A stretch of 64,000 nt of DNA from Octopus vulgaris (taxonomy: Eukaryota). Position 1 is the first letter of the stretch, and each line of letters opens with the position of its first letter. Positions 53,764 through 64,000 of the stretch are shown here, piece by piece. The translations under genes and the position numbers were made by a program. The stretch is from contig OX597826.1 in NCBI GenBank assembly GCA_951406725.2, forward strand, positions 74,462,001 to 74,526,000. Reading direction: 5' to 3'. The notes below the pieces were generated by a model. It did no database searches. It was not told the DNA's origin and saw nothing but the letters and a program-made list of their open reading frames with translations.

Positions 53764-53804
53764 CCTAAATCAATTTTCGAACCTTATTGGGGTCTCATCA
53801 GAGG
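53764..53804 (-). ncRNA. Decayed minimal hammerhead motif
   Basis: cct-CTGATGA-gacc-ccaataa-ggttc-GAAA-attga-TTT-agg. Confidence 0.5.
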
Positions 53805-54624
53805 TGTTTTTCATCACTTAACTAACCCCAAATAAATAAGCAGCCAATCTGTTTATACAAAAAAGTACAGTAGATCCAGAGAAGAGAAGCTACTGATTTG
53901 CACCTTATTTTTATTTAACAATTTATATAATATCAGTCCCCGGCAACGGAGAGGCCACTCCACAGAGTGACAAGGTATGATATAATATGTAGACATCAGT
54001 AGAAGAGATACAAGCATGGCAAATTTAACCATTTCTTCGTAGACTGAGAAATATATAGTAATTAATGAAATGTTTCGCAAACATGACGAAAATATTTCCC
54101 TTGTGCAAAACAATTTGCGAGAGTGCTCAATAAAATTTTCGAGTTTAAAGCGGTTATATCATGATATGATAAGTCTACTACTAATACGAATATGCTCTTT
54201 AAAAAATGTAATCAACTGAATATTGAAATAACTACGTCATACATTCCATATCTTTTTCATACTTGATTTTATTTCTAGTAGTCAAACGTTCATGGTCGCA
54301 AACGGACACGTGGTCGTTTCACAGCTTACGTATGCCACGGAGTAGAAACCATTAAAAAATTAAGAACACAATTACTCTTAATTTGCTTTCTAGTAAGAAA
54401 CTCTACTCATTGAAATATTAAAAGAGGATGTAGAACTAACCTCCAGAAATTAGCTGTTTTAGTAATTAGAGAGAGAAATCTTTCGGAATTATAACATAAA
54501 CATTTTTATTATTGCCCTAAATCGTCCTCAGACGCGATACGTTTTGAAAAAATATTTTCATTATAATTTTGAAATATTTATCCCTCTAATTACTATAACA
54601 GGTTATTCCTGTTAGTTTACAGTC

Positions 54625-54652
54625 ATACACACACACACACACACACACACAG

Positions 54653-54689
<37 letters not shown>

Positions 54690-54926
54690 CATACATACAC
54701 ACATACATACGTATATACATACATACGTATATACATACATACATACATACACACATACATACATACATACGTACACACATACACACATACATACACACAC
54801 ATACATACATACATACACACATACATACATACATACATACATACACACACATATACATACATACATACACACATACATACATACATACATACATACATAC
54901 ATACATACATACATACATACATACAT

Positions 54927-54957
<31 letters not shown>

Positions 54958-54980
54958 TACATACATACATACATATATAC
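54625..54980. repeat. CA/TACA microsatellite
   Basis: Direct reading. Confidence 0.95.
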
Positions 54981-55446
54981 ATTATAACTGATAGGCTCCT
55001 CCGATTTCCCGTGCTCCGAGTTACTCGCTTACGATCATCTGCTGGTAAACCGAGCCTGGTTTTCTTTTGAATATTCACTGTCTGAATATTTTTTGAAATA
55101 TGAAATGAAAGGTTGAAGGAAACGCTTATCCTTATGTTCTTTGGTTTAAAAACCTTTGTGAACTACACCTACGAAAACAGATGCTTCGAGCTTACGCTTT
55201 GGATGTCATTTCTGGCTCCCGCGGTAATATTGTTATAACCGTCATAAACATAAAATGTAATGAGAGTCGCCTATAGAGGACATTGCCTGACGACTCTACC
55301 CCCACGAGAATTTAATTTCAATGAATCAATACACGAAGGAGACGGATGAACGAAAGGGTTTTATGGTGGTGTCTGTTTGAAGTATGTCTGACCATACCAA
55401 GATTAAAACATTTTTTCACTAGGTTTGTCGAAATATTTATGCTATA

Positions 55447-55875
55447 GCTGCAGGAGTGGCTGTGTGGTAAGTGGCTTGCTAACCAACCACATGGTTCCGG
55501 GTTCAGTCCCACTGCGTGGCATCTTGGGTAAGTGTCTTCTGCTATAGCCCCGGGCCGACCAATGCCTTATGAGTGGATTTGGTAGACGGAAACTGAAAGA
55601 AGCCTGTCGTATATATGTATATATATATGTGTGTGTGTGTGTATGTATGTGTTTGTGTGTCTGTGTTTGTCCCCCCCCCCAACATCGCTTGACAACCGAT
55701 GTTGGTGTGTTTACGTCCCCGTCGCTTAGCGGTTCGGCAAAAGAGACCGATAGAATAAGTACTGGGCTTACAAAAAGAATAAGTCCCGGGGTTGATTTGC
55801 TCGACTAAAGGCGGTGCTCCAGCATGGCCGCAGTCAAATGACTGAAACAAGTAAAAGAGTAAAAGGGTAAAGAGT
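55447..55875 (+). mobile_element. SINE family A, full length
   Basis: Consensus match. Confidence 0.9.
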
Positions 55876-56429
55876 ATAAAACTACTACACGGTATCATTT
55901 TCCAATATCCGTGTCTCGCGATTCATGATGTGGGGTCCTATGCATTTCAATTTATCTTTGAAACGGTTTCGTGCTAAGCCTCAGTTGGCTCTGCAGTAGT
56001 ATGGCGAACCTCTATTGAATACTCACTTTATCAGATAAGATATTAAAAACGGGTCCACTAAGGTTATCTACACAGCAATCGGATCCCTTGTTTACAGATA
56101 TTGTTTCTTCATTCAAACATTTCTCTAGTGTTTCTTATATCCTGAAGACTTACTATTTCAGATCTGAAATGTTTAGACCAAATTCTTTGAATATAGTGAC
56201 TTTTTTTTTCCTTCCTAAGTTTATCTATATCATGTCCATTCATGTTAAGGAATGCGATAATTCCGTCGTATCTGTATACTTAAGTGATATTAGGTTTATA
56301 TTACGTTCCTGGGTATGGACACAAATACATAAACAACCAATAATATAGTTTTTCATCGCCCTAGCTACCCTTTGACACATTCAATTCTATGTTGCTTGAT
56401 CCAGAAGAAACCGTCATAGAAACTAATGG

Positions 56430-56560
56430 TTTCAAATTTTGGTTATATAGGGCCAGCGGTTTCTGAAGGGAGTGGGAAGTTGATTACATCGACCCGAGTA
56501 CATGACTGGTACTTATTTCATCGACCCCGAAGAGATGGAAGAAAAAGTCAATTCTGCCTG
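56430..56560 (-). mobile_element. SINE family B 3' fragment
   Basis: gattacatcgacccgag...ctggtacttatttcatcgaccccga. Confidence 0.7.
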
Positions 56561-56588
56561 CTCGACCTTCATTGTTATTATTATTATT

Positions 56589-56832
56589 GAGTGAGAGAGC
56601 AGTGCATGCCATCAAAGTGACACTGGGGTAAAATATACGAAACCCAGTATACCCATCATGACTACCCGTCTAATAACGGTACACCAGGCACATGCATCAC
56701 AACCATATGTGCACGACATGGTGATCTCATAACAAGATAAACAGCGCATGACCTTGCGGGTGGGGCCCAATGACCTTGCGGATGGGGCCCATGACCTTGC
56801 GGGTGGGGCCCATGACCTTGCGAGTGGGGCCC
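56589..56832. mobile_element. Retroelement-like fragment inserted in (ATT)n, ending in four 21-22-bp tandem repeats
   Basis: (atgaccttgcgggtggggccc)x4 at 56748-56832; (ATT)n on both sides. Confidence 0.5.
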
Positions 56833-56894
<62 letters not shown>

Positions 56895-56904
56895 GTTATA
56901 TTGA

Positions 56905-57031
56905 TTTCAAATTCGGGCCAGCAATTTCGATGTGGTAGAGGGGTGCAAGTCGATTTGAACTCAGAACGTAAAGATGGACGAAATGACGCTAAGCATTTTG
57001 ACTGGCATTCTAACGACTCTACCAGCTCGCC
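56905..57031 (-). mobile_element. SINE family B, internally deleted
   Basis: tttgaactcagaacgtaaaga...ctaacg...ccagctcgcc. Confidence 0.7.
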
Positions 57032-57118
57032 TTCTTCTTCTTCTTCTTTTTCTTCTTCTTCTTCTTCTTCTTCTTCTTCTTCTTCTTCTTCTTCTTCTTC
57101 TTCTTCTTCTTCTTCTTC

Positions 57119-57150
<32 letters not shown>

Positions 57151-57245
57151 CTTCTTCTTCTTCTTCTTCTTCTTCTTCTTCTTCTTCTTCTTCTTCTTCT
57201 TCATCACCATCACCATCACCATAACCATCATCATCATCATCATCA

Positions 57246-57309
<64 letters not shown>

Positions 57310-57315
57310 CATTAT
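57031..57315. repeat. (CTT)n-(CAT)n-(ATT)n compound microsatellite
   Basis: Direct reading; explains the poly-E/D/N ORF. Confidence 0.95.
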
Positions 57316-57331
57316 AAGGGTATCGATTATA

Positions 57332-57497
57332 TGGCGGCGAGCTGGCAGGGTCGCTGGTAAGTCGGGCGAAATGCTTAGCACGCATTTCTCCCGACTCTTT
57401 TCGTTCCGGGTTCAAACACCGCCTAGATAAACTTTGCCTTTCATCATTTCGTGGGTAGATAAAATAAAGTACGAACCAAGTACTCGGATCGAGGTAA
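57332..57497 (+). mobile_element. SINE family B, diverged
   Basis: ggcggcgagctggcag...ttgcctttcatc. Confidence 0.75.
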
Positions 57498-57498
57498 T

Positions 57499-57891
57499 AC
57501 TTGTTTCAGTCATTTGACTGCGGCCATGCTGGAGCACCGCCTTTAGTCGAGCAAATCGACCCCGGGACATATTCTTTGTAAGCCCAGTACTTATTCTATC
57601 GGTCTCTTTTGCCGAACCGCTAAGTGACGGGGACGTAAACACACCAGCATCGTTTGTCAAACAATGCTAGGGGGGGCAAACACAGACACACAAACACATA
57701 CACACACACATATATATATATACATATATACGACAGGCTTCTTTCAGTTTCCGTCTACCAAATCCACTCACAAGGCATTGGTCGGCCCGGGGCTATAGCA
57801 GAAGACACTTGCCCAAGATGCCACGCAGTGGGACTGAACCCGGAACCATGTGGTTGGTTAGCAAGCTACTTACCACACAGCCACTCCTGCG
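57499..57891 (-). mobile_element. SINE family A, full length
   Basis: Consensus match. Confidence 0.9.
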
Positions 57892-58051
57892 TAATGTTTT
57901 TTTTTTTTCAAATTCGCAAACTTTCAGAATGATTTTACTAAACTCAGTAGAGTTACATTTGGATTTATCTTCGATATTAAACTTCGTGTGGCGTTACTGC
58001 AGTTCCATTTGCTCCGGGTTCGTTATTTTAAAAAATTATGGAATTTTGAAA

Positions 58052-58548
<497 letters not shown>

Positions 58549-58823
58549 AACGAGCAATTTATTGCTTTCTAAGTACACCCTGTTTATTCTTAGTTTTCCT
58601 TCCTTCCTTCCTTCTTATTTTCTTTTTCGCTTTTTTTCTTTTTCGATTGAAGAACCTACAAAGTTTTCAGTGTGGGTTTATTTAGTATTAAGCGGGATTT
58701 ATGTAGGTTCGGGTGTTACATCTGATCTTCCATGTTCAGAGGCTTAGCCAAGTCTTTTGTTTCGTTGTTCATTACATCGCATGTGCTTAGGCTTATTTAC
58801 ATAAATGTTTTCATTACATAGCC

Positions 58824-58884
<61 letters not shown>

Positions 58885-58939
58885 TAATTTTTTTAAATTT
58901 AATTTAATTTAATTTTATTTATTATTTTTTTTTATGTAT

Positions 58940-59082
58940 TAGACATTCACTAGTACAACACCAAAAAAAAAACAACCCCTCCCCCAAATATATGGCACAG
59001 AACTTCCAACCTGTTGTCTCTTGAGGTCTCTGGGTGAGACTTGGAGCCAACTTGTACAGACATAAAGCAAAAGTCAAACATA

Positions 59083-59120
<38 letters not shown>
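58940..59120 (+). mobile_element. Possible 3' end of a (TAA)n-associated non-LTR element (Dong/R4-like)
   Basis: Short unique segment (gaggtctctgggtgagacttggagcc...) ending in (AAT)n, next to another (AAT)n; the family assignment is inference. Confidence 0.35.
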
Positions 59121-59867
59121 CATAATATGTCGAGCTCATATATATATTTTTATTTTCTCAGCTGAGGAAATATTGTTTGAATTTTTAAAGGGTAATAAGG
59201 TCTCGTTTAACGTGTTTTAAAATCTGTTTAATTGAAGATTGAATCTTATCTTATAAGTTTAATTACATCCAGTTCGTAATTCTCTTTTTTGCCCCCGTTG
59301 GGGCGAGCCTTTCGTTTGTGTTGAATTGTTTATTTGTAGATATGTTGGTCATGCCTTTGTCGAAAACAATGCTTCCCATTTAATCTCTTAATGTATTTTC
59401 ATTTTCTTTTCTGGGGAGCTTAGAAAATTTTTGTAAAATTTTACACTGTTTTACATAAAAGAAAATATACCATTGTTCAGTATTGAATTCTCAGTTCATT
59501 TGTTGAACTCTTTCCAATTAAGAATAATTAGCATTTTTAGAGTATAATTATTAAATGCATTTAGTGGTGCTCTTTAGGTTTCCACAAATTCTCATTTTTT
59601 TTCAGGCCACAAAATTATGTTTCGTGATGATAACATGCAACGACGATCAAAACATTTGAAACAGTTCAAGATCGGTTCGGGTCATAAGCATCCAAGTGGT
59701 TTGGGATGCTTTAGTTCCGAGGTCAATGGGAATAAATGGCGGGAGTACAAAAAATATCAATAATAGATTTTAGGAGGTGAGACTCGGGATTTCTCAATGA
59801 GAACAACTGATGTAGTATATCCAGTGGAGTAATTGATAGCTGAGGGTATAGTATGAGAAACAGCAAT

Positions 59868-60652
59868 CTATTTCTTTATTACCCACGAGGGGCTGAACAC
59901 AGAGAGGTCAATCAAGGACAGACAAACGGATTAAGTCGATTACGTCGACCCCAGTACGGAACTGGTACTTAATTTATCGACCCCGAAAGGATGAAAGGCA
60001 AAGTCAACCTCGGCAGAATTTGAACTCAGAACGTAGCGGCAGACGAAATACCTATTTCTTTACTGCCCACAAGGGGCTACACACAGAGGGGACAAACAGG
60101 GACAGACAAACGGATTAAGTCGATTACATCGGCCCCAGTGCGTAACTGGTACTTAATTCATCGACCCCGAAAGGATGAAAGGCAAAGTCGGCCTCGGCGG
60201 AATTTGAACGCGGAACGTAGCGGCAGACGAAATACCTATTTCTTTAATGCCCACAAGGGGCTACACACAGAGGGGACAAACAAGGACAGACAAACGGATT
60301 AAGTCGATTACATCGACCCCAGTGCGTAACTGGTACTTAATTTAATCGACCCCGAAAGGATGAAAGGCAAAGTCGACCTCGGCGGAATTTGAACGCGGAA
60401 CGTAGCGGCAGACGAAATACCTATTTCTTTAATGCCCACAAGGGGCTACACACAGAGGGAACAAACAAGGACAGACAAACGGATTAAGTCGATTATATCG
60501 ACCCCAGTGCGTAACTGGTACTTATTTAATCAACCCCGAAAGAATGAAAGGCTAAGTCGAAAACGGCGGAATTTGAACTCAGAACGTAGCGGCAGACGAA
60601 ATACGGCTACGCATTTCGTCCGGCGTGCTAACGTTTCTGCCAGCTCGCCGCC
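59868..60652 (-). mobile_element. SINE family B tandem tetramer (184-185-bp period)
   Basis: Unit marker ctatttcttt at 59868, 60052, 60236 and 60421; single head ending at 60652. Confidence 0.92.
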
Positions 60653-61436
60653 TTCCGAGCACACATCGAACAGTATTGGCCACAACAGGATACACCATAT
60701 ACCATCTTCTTCTCCTGTATGATGTCCTTGGTCATCGTCGACAACGACGGACGAACTAATAATAATATCAGTGAACTGAAAATGGATGTTTTATGATAGA
60801 CACAGCTCTACTCTACCGGTGGTGATCTAGCAAGGGAATGGCAGCTGGCCTGTCGATCAAACGCTTGTTTATCTGGCTAAAAAAAAGAAAGAAAAACTAA
60901 TCCAGCAATTCGTATCCATCGAATAACGGTCTATTTTAGGCGTATACATTTAATTTTTAATGGCTCAGTTTTTCAGACAATAAATTGGCACAATAATGAA
61001 GTACTATTCACGCGTCATCTGCGAAATATCTGATAAACCTTCAACCATAATACTCTATCAACTAAAATATAGACTGTCAGTTTATTAATGATCCTGATAC
61101 GAGCGGCAGAAAGACGACCTTTTGTGGGGGGAAGAAGAAGTGCGGGGCTTCAAATCAAAATAAACACGTTTTATGAGCAGACGACACTCGTTTGACCTGA
61201 CAAAGAACTGGTGTTTTGATTTATAACCTTGCTGTTGTGTGTGTGTGTGTGTGTCTTTTGGGTGGGCGGGTGTGGATGTGCGCGCGTGTATGTGTATGTG
61301 GGTGTGTGTGTGCTCATGTGCTCATGTGTGTGTGTGTGTATGTGTGTGCGTGTATGCGCGGGCGCGTGTTATTTTATAACTTAACAGAGTAAGCAAGATT
61401 AACATGATCACACACACACACATTCAAGTTATCTCT

Positions 61437-61474
<38 letters not shown>

Positions 61475-61666
61475 ACCCTTTCTCCTTCTCTCTCTCCCCC
61501 CTCCCATTTCTCCCTCTCCCTTTCTCTCCCTCCCCTTTCTCCCTCTCTCTCTCCCCCTTTCACTGCAGCTGTCTTCTATCTTCACCAGTGTTTTTTTTCC
61601 CTTCTCCTTTCTCTCATAATTGATTCCTCTTTTTATTGTCTCCATTCAAAATGTCTGCCTACTCAC

Positions 61667-62070
61667 AACTGGTATGTGGAGGTGGGCACGACTGAACCGA
61701 ATGGGATCGTTGCTGTAGTTGCTGCTGCTGCTGTTGTAGTTGATGATGATGATGATCTTCTGACAAGAGCAGACCTGTGCTGAGAGGAATTCTAACCGTG
61801 GCCACCAGAGTTTGGCGGCAGAGAAGATATCCAGAAACTCCATTACCTCTTTTGTCCTTTCTACCTTTTAAAGAAAGTGGAATGTAATTTGACGGAGATT
61901 TGACTGTTGTTTCTAGCGAAGCGAGTGACCGGTGTAGAATCATAATAGAACGTATGACGGATAATAATAACCGGCTTAAGTGATGCGAGTGAGAGGAACA
62001 GAAATGCTTTGAGGCGAACGAAGCTCACCAAATTATGCATCTGATGCAAAATCTTGATGACGGAAGGAGT
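61667..62070 (-). other. Candidate 5' exon of a minus-strand host transcript
   Basis: Unique, GC-balanced sequence with a poly-H/Q frame (SEDHHHHQLQQQQQQLQQ) ending at a consensus GTGAGT donor (61666-61661). Confidence 0.35.
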
Positions 62071-62087
62071 TTCTCTTGGAATCTCAG

Positions 62088-63195
<1,108 letters not shown>

Positions 63196-63490
63196 TGCTG
63201 CTGTTGTTGTTGTTGTTGGTCACCTCAAGCGCCTGAGGATAACTCTCAGAAGCGCTAGAGCCGTGGAAGGGAGACGAACCATCTCATCCATTGTAGCCCC
63301 TAGTTGGCGGATATTGCGTTCCACCATCAGGGCCGGGCATCTCAGCCAGAGATGTTCTGCAGATTCCACCTCCTCATTACAGAGTCTGCATTGATCTGTG
63401 TCGCTGCGTCCTGCCATCTTTTGCCACCGCCTGAGTGCCGGATGATGACCACCACTACGGAAGCGTATCATGTCTGTGAAGTCTGCCTTC
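63196..63490 (-). mobile_element. 3' end of an I-group (Ingi/Nimb/R1-like) LINE: C-terminal zinc knuckle and (CAA)n tail
   Basis: RFRSGGHH...CRLCNEEVESAEHLWLRCPAL...LRRLR* followed by caacaacaacaacagcagcag. Confidence 0.75.
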
Positions 63491-63789
63491 GAGAAGGCTG
63501 CTGTTGTTGTTGTTACTGTTGTTATTGTTGAAGATGTTAACTAATTGAATGATTTGAATGACGGTGATTTGGTAGAATTAGTAGGGTGCCCTTCATTGGG
63601 TCTCTTTAGGTTTTTCTAGGTTTCCCTCCTTGTTGAAGTCGCTTTGTCCTTCCTCTCATCAATAAACTAAATACCAGTCATTAGTGGATATCTATGCAAT
63701 GTCTTGTTACTTCTTCTTATGGCCTTTTGGTCGTGGTTACAATCATTCATTAGTCATATGCACGCGCGTGTGCGTGTATCCTCTCTTTA

Positions 63790-64000
63790 CTCTCTCTTTT
63801 AGTTGTTTCAGTCATTTGACTGCGGCCATGCTGGAGCACCGCCTTTAGTCGAGCAAATCGACCCCGGGACTTATTCTTTGTAAGCCCAGTACTTATTCTA
63901 TCGGTCTCTTTTGCCGAACCGCTAAGTGACGGGGACGTAAACACACCAGCATCGGTTGTCAAGCAATGCTAGAGGGACAAACACAGACACACAAACATAT
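63790..64000 (-). mobile_element. SINE family A 3' half, cut by the window edge
   Basis: Consensus match. Confidence 0.9.

Noticed and set aside
55284-55312. CTGACGA followed by a small hairpin
   Set aside because: Lacks GAAA and the stem III/NUH segment.
56748-56832. 21-bp repeats as CRISPR or iterons
   Set aside because: Directly adjacent units without spacers.
56612-57415. 267-aa acidic poly-E/D/N ORF
   Set aside because: Made of (CTT)n/(CAT)n/(ATT)n and SINE B fragments.
59590-59740. Tc1 transposase fragment (WGCFSS-like)
   Set aside because: A single short motif, too little to annotate.
59868-60652. Regularly spaced repeats as a CRISPR array
   Set aside because: Whole 184-bp units are repeated with no unique spacers; they are SINE multimers in a eukaryotic context with no cas genes.

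Overview
AT-rich, microsatellite-saturated animal genomic DNA, intronic or intergenic. The SINE complement looks like an octopus or other cephalopod genome (inference). No intact host protein-coding gene can be supported: nearly all ORFs in the track are translated microsatellites or SINE read-through. The window holds about 40 copies of three tRNA-headed SINE families (called A, B and C here), decayed RTE-type and other LINEs, mariner, maT (DD37D), MULE and hAT-type DNA-transposon relics, and several MITEs. The most striking signal is a dispersed set of roughly a dozen minimal type I hammerhead-ribozyme (HHR) motifs. They sit in several unrelated short Penelope-like (PLE) terminal repeats, mostly inserted in (TA)n. 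They show palindromic stem III sequences, long stem II insertions and three alternative base pairs at the catalytic 3-8 position (C-G, U-A, G-C). One HHR lies inside a TSD-flanked, tRNA-headed SINE-like unit. There is also a 5S rRNA-headed element that shares the family A SINE tail, and a PLE GIY-YIG relic. A few isolated candidate host exons are low confidence. All folds and translations were read by eye, and coordinates of decayed elements are approximate.
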